NCBI GenBank assembly: GCA_041611735.1
Contig: JBFIML010000001.1
Coordinates: 91,743 to 155,742 of the forward strand
Length of the DNA stretch: 64,000 nucleotides
From: Myxococcota bacterium
GTDB taxonomy: Bacteria; Myxococcota_A; UBA9160; PR03
Direction of reading: 5' to 3'
The notes under the pieces are model-generated. The model saw only the letters and a program-made list of their open reading frames with translations, searched no databases and was not told where the DNA came from. A program made the translations under genes and the position numbers. This document shows, one piece after another, positions 20,079-29,661 of the stretch (its first letter is position 1; every line of letters starts with the position of its first letter).

Positions 20079-21235
20079 TGGACTTTCATCTCACTCCCGA
20101 GGAGGAGGCTTTCCGCGCCGAGGTGCGCGCCTTCCTCGAAGAGGTCCTGCCCGAGGACGCGGACCGCAACGACCCGAAGCTCCTGGCCCGCTGGTGGCGC
20201 CGGGTCCGCGAGAGGCGTTGGGTGGGATTCTCCTGGCCGGAGGAGGTGGGCGGCGGCGGCGGCTCGCTGATGCAGCAGGTGATCCTCAAGGAGGAGATGG
20301 CGAAGCGCAACGCGCCGCCCCTGGGGAGCTGCTTCATGGGGCTCGCCTGGGTCGGTCCCGCCATCATCCAATACGGGACCGAGGAGCAGAAGCGCCGCTT
20401 CATCCCCGACATCCTGGACGGCAGCTACCAGTGGTGCACCGGCTACTCCGAGCCGGGCGCGGGGAGCGACCTGGCGGCTCTCCAGTGCCGCGCCCTGCGC
20501 GACGGCGACGAGTACGTGGTGAACGGCCAGAAGATCTGGACGTCCATCGCCATGTGGTCCAAGTGGATGATCCTGCTGGTGCGGACGGATCCCAACCCGA
20601 AGGACAAGCACGACGGGATCACGTGCCTGCTGGTCGAGATGGACACGCCGGGCATCAGCGTGCGCCCGATCCGGAACATGTCGGGGGGAACCATGTTCGC
20701 CGAGGTCTTCTTCGACGACGTCCGGGTGCCGGTCGCGAACCGGCTCGGGGCGCAGGGCGAGGGCTGGAAGGTCACCCTCACCGCTCTGGCCCACGAGCGC
20801 TCGGGGATCGCCGAGGTGGAGGGTCTCAAGCGCAAGCTCGAGGAGCTCAAGGACCTGGCCCGCCGCGTCGGGCCCAACGGCCGCCCGGCCCGGGACGACG
20901 ACGTGCTGCGCCGGCGCCTGGCCCGCCTCGAAGCCCGCATCGAGGCCATGCGCATGAACGGCATGCGCTTCCTGACCCGGCAGCTCAAGGGCGAGCCGCT
21001 CGGGAGCGAGACCTCCATCAACAAGCTGCACCGGGCCAACCTGGAGATCGAGCTCGGGGACCTGGCCCTCGAGCTGCAGGGCGCCGCCGGTCCGCTGACG
21101 GGCGATGCCGCACCGGACGGCGGGCGCTGGCAGCGCTTCGCACTGTCCTGGGCCGAGGTGGTGATCGGGGGCGGCACTCCGAACATCCAGAAGAACATCA
21201 TCGCCGAGCGCATCCTCGGCCTGCCGAAGGATTGA
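20078..21235 (+). CDS. Acyl-CoA dehydrogenase, alpha-type subunit
   Basis: TGATG coupling; WCTGYSEPGAGSDLA, NGQKIWTS, ALAHERS, IGGGTPNIQKNIIAERILGLP. Confidence 0.9.
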   Translation: MDFHLTPEEEAFRAEVRAFLEEVLPEDADRNDPKLLARWWRRVRERRWVGFSWPEEVGGGGGSLMQQVILKEEMAKRNAPPLGSCFMGLAWVGPAIIQYGTEEQKRRFIPDILDGSYQWCTGYSEPGAGSDLAALQCRALRDGDEYVVNGQKIWTSIAMWSKWMILLVRTDPNPKDKHDGITCLLVEMDTPGISVRPIRNMSGGTMFAEVFFDDVRVPVANRLGAQGEGWKVTLTALAHERSGIAEVEGLKRKLEELKDLARRVGPNGRPARDDDVLRRRLARLEARIEAMRMNGMRFLTRQLKGEPLGSETSINKLHRANLEIELGDLALELQGAAGPLTGDAAPDGGRWQRFALSWAEVVIGGGTPNIQKNIIAERILGLPKD

Positions 21236-21238
21236 GGC

Positions 21239-21520
21239 GTGGACCGGCGTGCGTACATCGAGGAGCGCCTGCGCCAGCGGCTCGAGGCCTCGCACGTGGA
21301 GGTCGTGGACGAGAGTCATCTGCATACGGGCCATGCGGGAGCGGCAACGGGCGGCGGGCACTTTCGGGCCGTGGTCGTGTCGGAGCGCTTCGTGGGGCTC
21401 GGCCCCGTGGAAGCGCAGCGGCTGGTCTACCAGGCGCTGGACGACCTGATGGGGAGCGAGATCCACGCCGTCTCGGTGCGCACCCTCACCCCGGAGCGCT
21501 GGGCGAAGGCGCGGAGGTAG
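21239..21520 (+). CDS. bolA: BolA family protein
   Basis: VVDESHLHTGH, GGHF, VVSERF, RLVY, EIHA. Confidence 0.85.
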   Translation: MDRRAYIEERLRQRLEASHVEVVDESHLHTGHAGAATGGGHFRAVVVSERFVGLGPVEAQRLVYQALDDLMGSEIHAVSVRTLTPERWAKARR

Positions 21521-21539
21521 GCATCGGCAGGGTGCGACG

Positions 21540-22391
21540 CTACACGAAGCGCGCCAGCCATTCCTCGAGGGTCACCGAGAAGCCGGCGGCGTTGCGATGG
21601 CCCCCGCCCCCGTACCTGGCCGCGATGGCCGCTACGTCGAGATCGCCGATCGAGTAGATGGAGACGTCCATGCGGCGCCCGGTGAGCCGGTACACCAGGC
21701 CGCAGGGCAGTTCGAACGCGGCCCGGCGGGCCAGCTCGTGCCCGATCCAGCTCCGGTGCAGCACGGCGTTCACACCCTCCACACGCCGGTCCCCGAGGGC
21801 CACCGGGTGTGCCGTGGCCAGGGCGCGCTCCACCTCCAGGCGCTGGGCACGCAGCAGGGCGACGCCCTCCTCGGCCAGCCGCTCGACGCCGCCCGTGGCG
21901 ATCTCGTCCCAGACGTCGAAGCGGCGCGGCTGGGAGGCCAGGGCCGCATTCACCTCCTCCGAGGCCGGCATCTTCCAGCGCCAGAGGTCCATGTCCTGCA
22001 CGTACTCCAGGAGCTCCGGAACGGGCTCGTCGCGATGGAAGTACCGCCAGGCCAGGACCGCGCCGGACCGGTCCAGGTCGAAGTGGATCCGGTGGCCGTG
22101 CTCGCGCATCAGGTTCTCGAGGCTCGGCTCCGCGGCGTAGCGCTCGAGGGCCGAGACGTGATGGTCCAGGACCACCAGGTGCGCTACCCGGTCCGCCAGC
22201 TCCCGCAACGCTTCGTTGGACGGGGCGATGTCCACGAAGACGAGTTCGTTGCCTACGTGCGCGTCGGCCTGCAGCTCGTCACCGTGCCCGCGCGGACGAT
22301 AGTCAACGGCGTCGCCCCAGGCCTTCCAGACCGCCCAGGCGGCGCCAAAGCCATCCGGGCAGCCGGCGTGGTAGAAACAGATGCGGCGCAC
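21540..22391 (-). CDS. DHH/DHHA1-type phosphoesterase
   Basis: YHAGCPDG, FVDI, LDHH, DMDLWRW, YGGGGHRNAAGF. Confidence 0.85.
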   Translation of the reverse strand: MRRICFYHAGCPDGFGAAWAVWKAWGDAVDYRPRGHGDELQADAHVGNELVFVDIAPSNEALRELADRVAHLVVLDHHVSALERYAAEPSLENLMREHGHRIHFDLDRSGAVLAWRYFHRDEPVPELLEYVQDMDLWRWKMPASEEVNAALASQPRRFDVWDEIATGGVERLAEEGVALLRAQRLEVERALATAHPVALGDRRVEGVNAVLHRSWIGHELARRAAFELPCGLVYRLTGRRMDVSIYSIGDLDVAAIAARYGGGGHRNAAGFSVTLEEWLARFV

Positions 22392-22472
22392 GTGCCCAGG
22401 GTAGCCCATCCCGCCGCGGCGTTCCGGGCGCGCCACCGGCAGGAAGAACGAGCGGCAGGAAGGCGGAGCAGC

Positions 22473-22943
22473 TTGGCGATCGAGCGCGAGATCCGCTTCC
22501 GCGTGACACGCGGCGATGCGCCGCCCGGCGGGCGAGCGGTCGTGCAGGGCTACCTCTGGCGGCGGCTCGCCACGCTGCGCATCCGACTCACCGAGGGTCG
22601 CGAGGCCCGTCTGACCGTGAAGACGCGCCGCGGCGACGGACGCAACGAATGGGAGTGGTCGGTTCCGGCATGGCTCGGGCGCGCCCTCCTCGCGCTCCCG
22701 CTTCCGCGCGTGGAGAAGACCCGTCTGCAGGCGGGGCGCCTCGAGATCGACCGGCTCTCGTGGCCGGAGCCGATCGTGCTGTGCGAGCTCGAGCTCGGGC
22801 CGGGGGAGGGGCCCGACCTGCGCGATGCGGCGGCGCGGGCCCGCTGGATGGAGGACCATCGGCCCGACTGGGTCGAGGTCTGGGAGGACGTGACCGACGA
22901 CCCGGCCTACACGAACGCGCGACTGGCGCGGCGCAAGCCATGA
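22473..22943 (+). CDS. CYTH-domain protein, divergent
   Basis: IEREIRF, QGYL, LRIR, LTVK, RNEWE, VEKTR, ELEL, DVTDDPAYTNARLA; TTG start after GGAG. Confidence 0.78.
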   Translation: MAIEREIRFRVTRGDAPPGGRAVVQGYLWRRLATLRIRLTEGREARLTVKTRRGDGRNEWEWSVPAWLGRALLALPLPRVEKTRLQAGRLEIDRLSWPEPIVLCELELGPGEGPDLRDAAARARWMEDHRPDWVEVWEDVTDDPAYTNARLARRKP

Positions 22944-23824
22944 AGGCGCCCGCCTGGCTCGACCGGTCGGAGTACCCCTTCGCGCCGCACTTCCTCGAGC
23001 TTCGGGCGGGGCGCCTGCACTACGTCGACGAAGGCGCGGGTGAGCCGCTGGTCTTCGTGCACGGGGTGCCCACCTGGTCCTTCACCTGGCGCAGGCTCGT
23101 GCGCGAGCTGGCCCCCCGCTTCCGCTGCGTGGCGCTGGACCACCTGGGCTTCGGGCTCTCCAGCCGCCCCGACCCGCCCTGCACCCCCGAGCACCACGCG
23201 GCCCACGTAGCCCAGCTGATCGAGCACCTGGGCCTGCGCCGGGTGACGCTCGTCGTCCACGACTGGGGTGGCCCCCTGGGTCTCGCCTACGCGCTGGAGC
23301 GCCCCGAGAACGTCCGGCGTCTGGTCGTCTTCAACACCTGGCTGTGGGCGTCTCGGGGCCTGCGCGCAGGGCTCACGGCCCGGCTCCTGGCGAGCCCCCT
23401 GTATCGGGTCCTGGAGACCCGCTGGAACGTGACTGCCCGCTTCTTCGTGGTGTTGGCGGCCGGCAACCGCGCCAGTCTCCCGCCGTCCGTGCGCCGTCAC
23501 TACGTGGAGCCCCTGCGCCGGCCCGCCGACCGGACCGCCGTCTGGACGCTCGTGCGCGCCATCCACCGTGCCGGCCCCTGGCTGGACGGCCTCTGGGCAC
23601 GCCGCGACCGGCTGGCCGCCCTGCCGGCGCTCGTGCTGTGGGGCCTACGAGATCCGGCCTTCACGCGGGCGGACCTCGAACGCTGGCAGGCGGCCCTGCC
23701 CCGCGCCGCGGTGCACGCCCTCGACCGAGCGGGCCACTTCCCCCACGAGGAGCTCCACGCAGAGGTGGTCGCCCTGCTCGAACGCTTCCTCGCCGACGGG
23801 AACCCGGACGCGCCTTGGTTATGA
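22940..23824 (+). CDS. Haloalkane dehalogenase-like alpha/beta hydrolase
   Basis: YPFAPHF, HYVDEG, HGVPTWS, VHDWGGP, WGLRD, GHFPHE. Confidence 0.85.
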   Translation: MKAPAWLDRSEYPFAPHFLELRAGRLHYVDEGAGEPLVFVHGVPTWSFTWRRLVRELAPRFRCVALDHLGFGLSSRPDPPCTPEHHAAHVAQLIEHLGLRRVTLVVHDWGGPLGLAYALERPENVRRLVVFNTWLWASRGLRAGLTARLLASPLYRVLETRWNVTARFFVVLAAGNRASLPPSVRRHYVEPLRRPADRTAVWTLVRAIHRAGPWLDGLWARRDRLAALPALVLWGLRDPAFTRADLERWQAALPRAAVHALDRAGHFPHEELHAEVVALLERFLADGNPDAPWL

Positions 23825-25077
23825 TCCTGCCGTCGCTGCGGGCGGGCCGGGCCAGGGGGGAATCCGTGAGGCAGGGATCCGCGGGGCAGGCTGGGAGCCG
23901 GCTTCGAGCCGTGGTCGTCGCCGCCGCCGGCGGGCTCGCGCTCGGGGCGGGCATCGCGACTGCCGCCGACCCGCCGGCGGCCCATCCCGAGACCCGCGCC
24001 ACCATGGACCAGATCTTCGAGGCCCTCACCACCGCCTTCCGGGACAGCCTCGACGAGCAGCGCTTCCAGGATCCGGCGCACCGGAAGCGCGTCGGCGCGG
24101 CGCTGCGCGCGCTCGCCGACAACGCCAAGCGTCTCCAGAGCCACGGCCGCGAGCTCAACCCGAGCTACGACTTCCTGCGCCGCTCCCTGGCGGAGGACGC
24201 GCGCGAGATCGTGCTGCGCTACGAGCAGGGCTCCTACGAGGGCGCCCGCTTCCTGCTGCACCAGCTCACCGAGGACTGCTTCGCCTGCCATTCGCGGGTT
24301 CCGAGCCCCCGGGGCTTCGACCTGGGGCGGCAGTTCCTGGAGACCACGGACCTCGCCAATCTGACGCCCGAGGAGCGCGTCAAGCTCGAAGTGGCCACCC
24401 GCCAGTTCCCGGCCGCACTGGCTACCTACGAGCGGATCTTCCAGGACCGCTCGAGTCCCGCCGCGGAGACCTCGCTCTCCGGCGCCTTCGAGGACTACCT
24501 GAAGCTGGTCCTGCGCGTTGGCGACGACCCGGCCCGCGCGGCGAAGACGCTCGCCAGGTTCCGAGAACGGTCGGACGTGCCCCGCTATCTGGACCGCTAC
24601 CTGGAGGGATGGATCCGCTCGCTGCACGGCCTCCGGCCGGACGTCGCGCCGAAGCAGGAGCTCGCCCGGGCTCGCGAGCTGATCCGCGCCGGACAGCTCG
24701 CCAACTTCTTTCCGGGGGACCGCCAGGGGCTGGTGCACTTCGTGGCGGCGTCGAGCCTGCTGCACCGGCGTCTCGAACGCGCGAAGCCGGGCGAGGCGGA
24801 CCTCTCCGAGATCTACTACCTGCTCGGGGTCACCGAGTCCTACATCTCGCGCTCGGCCTGGGTCTCGGAGACCGAGTTCTTCCTGGAGAGCGCCGTGCGG
24901 TCGAACCCGCGCTCGCCCTTTGCCGAGCGCGCCTACGCCTTCCTGGAGGAGTACCTCGTGGCCGGCTATACGGGCTCCTCGGGCCTGCACCTGCCGCCCG
25001 AGACCAAGGCCCTCCTGAAGGAGCTGCACGGGTTGCTGGGCGGGGCGACCCCCGCCAGGGGCCCGGCGGAACGCTAG
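23821..25077 (+). CDS. Exported monoheme c-type cytochrome with a long helical C-terminal region
   Basis: Signal-like hydrophobic segment, single CFACH, TPR-like YYLLG segment; start may be GTG 23866 or 23911. Confidence 0.68.
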   Translation: MILPSLRAGRARGESVRQGSAGQAGSRLRAVVVAAAGGLALGAGIATAADPPAAHPETRATMDQIFEALTTAFRDSLDEQRFQDPAHRKRVGAALRALADNAKRLQSHGRELNPSYDFLRRSLAEDAREIVLRYEQGSYEGARFLLHQLTEDCFACHSRVPSPRGFDLGRQFLETTDLANLTPEERVKLEVATRQFPAALATYERIFQDRSSPAAETSLSGAFEDYLKLVLRVGDDPARAAKTLARFRERSDVPRYLDRYLEGWIRSLHGLRPDVAPKQELARARELIRAGQLANFFPGDRQGLVHFVAASSLLHRRLERAKPGEADLSEIYYLLGVTESYISRSAWVSETEFFLESAVRSNPRSPFAERAYAFLEEYLVAGYTGSSGLHLPPETKALLKELHGLLGGATPARGPAER

Positions 25078-25116
25078 CCCCTCAATCCTCCCTTCCGTTC
25101 CGCCGATTCGGTTCGC

Positions 25117-25347
25117 ATGGGCAAGGTATTCGGCATCCTGGTGATCGTGCTGGCCATCTGGGCGGGCCTCGAGGTCTACACCGAGGGCACGCGCCACGCC
25201 TTCGGGGGCGCCTTCGCCTTCCTGGCCGCGGAGCCCGAGGCGTCCGCGCAGGAGGAGCCCGGCTCGGGCGCGCGCCGCGTCGGTGACGCCGTGCAGCGCT
25301 CGCACGGGGAGCACGCGGAACGCTTCGAGCGCGCCCTCGGGGACTGA
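25117..25347 (+). CDS. Small membrane-anchored hypothetical protein
   Basis: N-terminal TM helix; fills the intergenic gap. Confidence 0.6.
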   Translation: MGKVFGILVIVLAIWAGLEVYTEGTRHAFGGAFAFLAAEPEASAQEEPGSGARRVGDAVQRSHGEHAERFERALGD

Positions 25348-25426
25348 GCACCCGGCCGGTCCGGCTCCATCGACCCCTCGCCCCCGCGCGGTATGCTGCC
25401 CGCGGCGGGAGAGGCCAGGAGGGTCG

Positions 25427-25879
25427 ATGGAGATCAACGGCATCGCCCACGTCATGCTCACCGTGAGCGACTTCGCGGCATGCCGCGTCTTCTACGGCCG
25501 GCTGTTGCCCGAGCTGGGCCTGAAGCCCGTCCTCGACGTGGAGGGCTGGTACTACTGCGTGGGCGGGCGCACGGCCCTGGGCATCCGGAGCTGCGCGCCG
25601 GAGCACGCGGGCGAGCGCTTCGACCAGACCCGCGCCGGTCTCCATCACATCTGCTTGCGGGCTCGCAGCCGCGAGGACGTGGACGCCCTCCACGGCCTGC
25701 TCCGGGAGATGGGTGCCCGGATCGTCCATCCCCCGGAGGAGGGGGCCTGGGCTCCGGGCTACTACTCCATCCTCTTCGAGGATCCCGACGGGACGCGCCT
25801 CGAGATGAACTTCGTGCCCGGCAAGGGCCTGCTCGAGAAGGGCGCCGACGGCAGTACGCCTCGAATCAGGACGGGCTGA
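25427..25879 (+). CDS. VOC/glyoxalase family protein
   Basis: GIAHVMLTVSD, GLHHICL, YYSILFEDPDGTRLE; AGGAGG RBS. Confidence 0.9.
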   Translation: MEINGIAHVMLTVSDFAACRVFYGRLLPELGLKPVLDVEGWYYCVGGRTALGIRSCAPEHAGERFDQTRAGLHHICLRARSREDVDALHGLLREMGARIVHPPEEGAWAPGYYSILFEDPDGTRLEMNFVPGKGLLEKGADGSTPRIRTG

Positions 25880-25909
25880 ATCGCGTCCAACTCGGTCAAG
25901 GAGGGTTCC

Positions 25910-26338
25910 ATGCGACGATCCAGGCTCGGCTCCGTGCTCGGTCTTGCAGGCGCGCTGCTGGCGCTCTCGCTGCTGGCAGGCTGTGCCACCAAGCGGCCGG
26001 TCCTCTATCCGAACGAGCACCTGCGCTCGGTGGACGAGGAGCGGGCTCGTTGGGACGTGGACGAGTGCGTCCGTCTCGCCAAGCAGTATGGCGAGTCCGA
26101 GAGCATCGCCGGCAATGCTGCCGAGAGCGCGGCGGTGGGCGGCGCCGCGGGGGCCGCGACCGGAGCCGTCGTGGAGGGGGTGAGCGTCGGCCGCGGGGCA
26201 GCGGCCGGGGCCGCCGGCGCCGGAGCGGCGAGTGTGATGCGCGGAGTCTTCCGCAAGCGCGATCCCGATCCCATCCAGCGCCGCTACGCAGAGCGTTGCC
26301 TGCGCGAGCGAGGGTACGAGACCATCGGCTGGCGCTAG
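25910..26338 (+). CDS. Glycine-zipper lipoprotein
   Basis: LLAGC lipobox, GGAAGAATGA/GAAAGAAGAG zipper, CLRERGY. Confidence 0.8.
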   Translation: MRRSRLGSVLGLAGALLALSLLAGCATKRPVLYPNEHLRSVDEERARWDVDECVRLAKQYGESESIAGNAAESAAVGGAAGAATGAVVEGVSVGRGAAAGAAGAGAASVMRGVFRKRDPDPIQRRYAERCLRERGYETIGWR

Positions 26339-26341
26339 GCC

Positions 26342-26950
26342 GTGGCGGATCCCCTCGAGCTCTGGTTCGAGTTCGCGAGCACCTACTCCTACCCGGCGGT
26401 GATGCGCGCCGCGCAGGCGGCCGAGGGGGCCGGCGTCACCCTGGTCTGGCGGCCCTTCCTGCTCGGTCCGATCTTCCGCGCCCAGGGCTGGAACGACTCG
26501 CCTTTCAACCTCCAGCCGGCCAAGGGCCGCTACATGTGGCGCGACCTGGAGCGTCTGTGTGCCCGCTATGGGCTGCCCTTCCGGCGGCCGTCCGGGTTCC
26601 CCCGCAACGGCCTGCTGGCCGCGCGTGTGGCCGTGCTTCCCGAGGTGGAGTCCTGGCGGCCGGACTTCGTGCGCGCCGTCTTCCACGCCGAGTTCGCCGA
26701 GGACCGCGACATCGGAGAGGAGGAGGCGATCGCGGCCGTGCTGGCGGCGCTCGGTCGCGACGCGCGTCGGCTCCTGGCGGCGGCCGGGTGCCCGCCGAAC
26801 AAGCAGCGCCTGCGCCGGCAGACCGAGGCGGCCGTGGCCCTCGGGATCTTCGGCGCGCCGACCTTCGTCTCGGGTCAGGAGCTCTTCTGGGGCAACGATC
26901 GCCTGGAGGAGGCCGTCGCCTGGCACCAGGGCCACCGAGAAGTCGATTAG
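26342..26950 (+). CDS. 2-hydroxychromene-2-carboxylate isomerase / DsbA-like protein
   Basis: WFEFASTYSY, WRPFLLGPIF, GIFGAPTF...ELFWGNDRL. Confidence 0.88.
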   Translation: MADPLELWFEFASTYSYPAVMRAAQAAEGAGVTLVWRPFLLGPIFRAQGWNDSPFNLQPAKGRYMWRDLERLCARYGLPFRRPSGFPRNGLLAARVAVLPEVESWRPDFVRAVFHAEFAEDRDIGEEEAIAAVLAALGRDARRLLAAAGCPPNKQRLRRQTEAAVALGIFGAPTFVSGQELFWGNDRLEEAVAWHQGHREVD

Positions 26951-28545
26951 TCGAGAACGTCCCTCTCTCCGGCCTGGCGGGCGCGGGTGCGGAGGGTGGT
27001 TTCGTCGCGCTCCAGGTGCCAGGCGGAGAGGCCGAGGGCGGCGCAGGCCAGCAGGTTGACCACCAGCACGCTGAGCAGCGCGGTGCGCAGACTGCCGAAG
27101 AAGTCCGACAGGACGCCGATCGTGTAGGGGCCCAGGGCCAGGCCCACGAACGTGATCACCATGATGTAGGCCGCCGAGGCTACCGCCCGCATGCGCGGCA
27201 GCACGAGATCCTGGACCGTCGAGGCGCCGACCCCCAGGTACATGGTCGAGATCAGGTTGAGCGGGAAGACGATCGCGTAGGCGAGAGAGGTGCTCGGCGT
27301 GAGGAGCAGCCACACCACGAAGGGGGCCGGCAGCACGGCCGTGAGCATGCCCACGTACAAACGGCCCCGCTTCGAACGCTCGCGCCAGCGGTCGGCCACG
27401 ACTCCCCCGAAGGTCACGCCGAGGAAGCCCGAGACCGCCACCGTCCCGCCCAGCACGAGGCCGAGCTCGGCGATGGACACCGAGTGGAAACGCAAGAAGA
27501 AGGGCGGCAGCCACTGGCCGAAGCCGTAGCCGGTGAAGGCGATCAGCGCGAAGCCGAGTGCAGCCCAGCGCAGGCTCGGCGTGCCCAGGATCAACGCAGC
27601 GGCGGGGCGGTCGCGCAACGCCAGGGACTGGGTCCAGGAGAAGGCCGCGTAGAGTCCGATGGCGAGCGCCACCCACTGGGCCGGGTCGCCGGTCAGGCGC
27701 ACCAGCCCGAAGGCGGCCGCGGCCAGCAGGGCCGCCGCCGTCAGGTTCGCGACGACACTGCGGGCCCCGGCGCCGCTGCGCGCCAGGTTCCAGAGCGTGA
27801 GGGGCGGCAGCACGGCGCGCAGCTCCCGGAAGAACTCCCGGAAGGGATGCGGCTCCGGCGCCGTCGGGATGCCGTCCGCCTGGCCGCGCACGGGCTCCCG
27901 CAGCGTGCGCACCAGCACGGCGAGGGCCAGCCCCGGAAGTCCCACGGCCAGGAACGCCACCTGCCAGCCGCGCAGGCCGAAGGGCGTCGGGCCGTGGGCG
28001 TAGGCCGCGTCCCAGCGGTCCACGATCAGGCCGCCGAGGGCCAGGGAGAGGCCGGCGCCCAGGTAGATCCCGCTCGAGTAGATCGCCAGCACCGTGGCGC
28101 GGCGGGCGGGCGGAAAGCAGTCGGAGAGCAGCGAGTAGGCCGCGGGCGATGCGCTCGCCTCCCCGATTCCCACGCCGATGCGCGCCGCCGCCAGCTGGGT
28201 GAAGTTCTGCGCCAGACCCGAGAGGGCGGTCATGGCGCTCCAGAACACCAGCCCGAGGGCGATCAGGCTGCGGCGGGTCCAGACGTCCGCCAGGCGTCCG
28301 AGCGGGATCCCGAACAGCGCGTAGAAGACCGCGAAGGCGGTGCCGTACAGGAAGCCCATCTGGGCGTCCGAGAGGCCGAGGTCGGCCTTGATGTGGTCGT
28401 TCAGGATGGCCGGGATCTGGCGGTCCACGAAGTTGAGCACGTAGACCAGGACCAGGACCCCGAGCACGTAGCGCGCGTAGGCGTCCCCCAGCTGCGCGGG
28501 CGGCGAAGCGGGGGCGGGCGCGCCGGGCAGGGTCCCGGGGCTCAA
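26947..28545 (-). CDS. MFS transporter (spinster-like)
   Basis: LNFVDRQ, GRLADVWTRR, ARIGVGIGEA, many TM segments; TTG overlaps the upstream stop. Confidence 0.88.
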   Translation of the reverse strand: MSPGTLPGAPAPASPPAQLGDAYARYVLGVLVLVYVLNFVDRQIPAILNDHIKADLGLSDAQMGFLYGTAFAVFYALFGIPLGRLADVWTRRSLIALGLVFWSAMTALSGLAQNFTQLAAARIGVGIGEASASPAAYSLLSDCFPPARRATVLAIYSSGIYLGAGLSLALGGLIVDRWDAAYAHGPTPFGLRGWQVAFLAVGLPGLALAVLVRTLREPVRGQADGIPTAPEPHPFREFFRELRAVLPPLTLWNLARSGAGARSVVANLTAAALLAAAAFGLVRLTGDPAQWVALAIGLYAAFSWTQSLALRDRPAAALILGTPSLRWAALGFALIAFTGYGFGQWLPPFFLRFHSVSIAELGLVLGGTVAVSGFLGVTFGGVVADRWRERSKRGRLYVGMLTAVLPAPFVVWLLLTPSTSLAYAIVFPLNLISTMYLGVGASTVQDLVLPRMRAVASAAYIMVITFVGLALGPYTIGVLSDFFGSLRTALLSVLVVNLLACAALGLSAWHLERDETTLRTRARQAGERDVLD

Positions 28546-29546
28546 CGGAACCGGCGCCCGAGCCAGTCCACCAGGATCCGGTTCAGCTCCTCGGGCTTCT
28601 CCTGCTGGGTCCAGTGGCCGCACTCCGGGATCATCACCGTCTCCAGGTCCGGAACCAGGGCCGGCATGCCGCTCGCCATGGCGGGCGGGAGCGCCAGGTC
28701 CCATTCGGAGGTCACCATGAGGCACGGGACCTGGATCCTGGCCACGCCGTAGCCGGGCACCGTCTCCCAGTTGCGGTCGAAGTTGCGATACCAGTTGATC
28801 CCGCCCGTGAAGCCCGTGCGGGTGAAGACCTGCGTGTAGTGGTCGAGCTCCTCCGGCGTGAGCAGGACCGCGCCCGGGTTCTCCACCTCGCGGATGCGCC
28901 GGAAGGGGTTCATGCCGGCGCCGCCGCGCCCGTCGGTGCGCGGGACCGTTCCCGGGTCGCGGCGGAAGCCGCGCCGCATCAGCTTCTCGAACACGAGGCG
29001 CACGTTGTCGGCCAGCAGGCGGTCGGCCTCGTCCGGGCGCTGGAACCAGAGCAGGTAGAGGCGCTCGTCGTCCCCGTTCAGGCGCTTGCGCAGGATCTGC
29101 ATGGGCGGTGCGGGCGGGCGGTGCAGGTACGGCGTGTTGACGCCCACCACTCCGGCGACCCGTTCGGGGTGCAGGACCGCCATCCCCCACACCACGAAGC
29201 CTCCCCAGTCGTGGCCCACGAAGACCGCCCGCTCGAGCTCCAGGGCGTCCAGGAGCCCCGCCAGGTCGCCGGTCAGGTGCTGCATGTCGTAGGCCTCGAC
29301 GGGATCCGGGCGGTCGCTTCCGCCGTAGCCGCGCTGGTCTGGAGCGAGGGCGCGGAAGCCGGCCGCCGCCAGGGCCGGGAGCTGATGGCGCCAGGAGAAG
29401 CCGAGTTCCGGGAAGCCATGACACAGCACGACCGGGAAGCCCTCGCCCTGCTCGTGCACCGCCAGGTGGATGCCCGCCTCCGGGCTCGAGTCGGGCAGCA
29501 GCAGCTCGGGCAGCACCACGCGGCGGGCAGGGGGGAAGGTGGCCAA
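28542..29546 (-). CDS. Epoxide hydrolase-like alpha/beta hydrolase
   Basis: [28 protein letters not shown] start after GGAG. Confidence 0.88.
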   Translation of the reverse strand: MATFPPARRVVLPELLLPDSSPEAGIHLAVHEQGEGFPVVLCHGFPELGFSWRHQLPALAAAGFRALAPDQRGYGGSDRPDPVEAYDMQHLTGDLAGLLDALELERAVFVGHDWGGFVVWGMAVLHPERVAGVVGVNTPYLHRPPAPPMQILRKRLNGDDERLYLLWFQRPDEADRLLADNVRLVFEKLMRRGFRRDPGTVPRTDGRGGAGMNPFRRIREVENPGAVLLTPEELDHYTQVFTRTGFTGGINWYRNFDRNWETVPGYGVARIQVPCLMVTSEWDLALPPAMASGMPALVPDLETVMIPECGHWTQQEKPEELNRILVDWLGRRFR

Positions 29547-29661
29547 GAGCTTCTCCGGCGGGCTTCGCTCCGCGGCGTGCCTGCGCTTCCGCAGTATACC
29601 CACAGCCCGGCGCCCGCAGGGGTGCTCTGGTACCGTCTTCGTTTCCGGAGGATTTCGCCCG

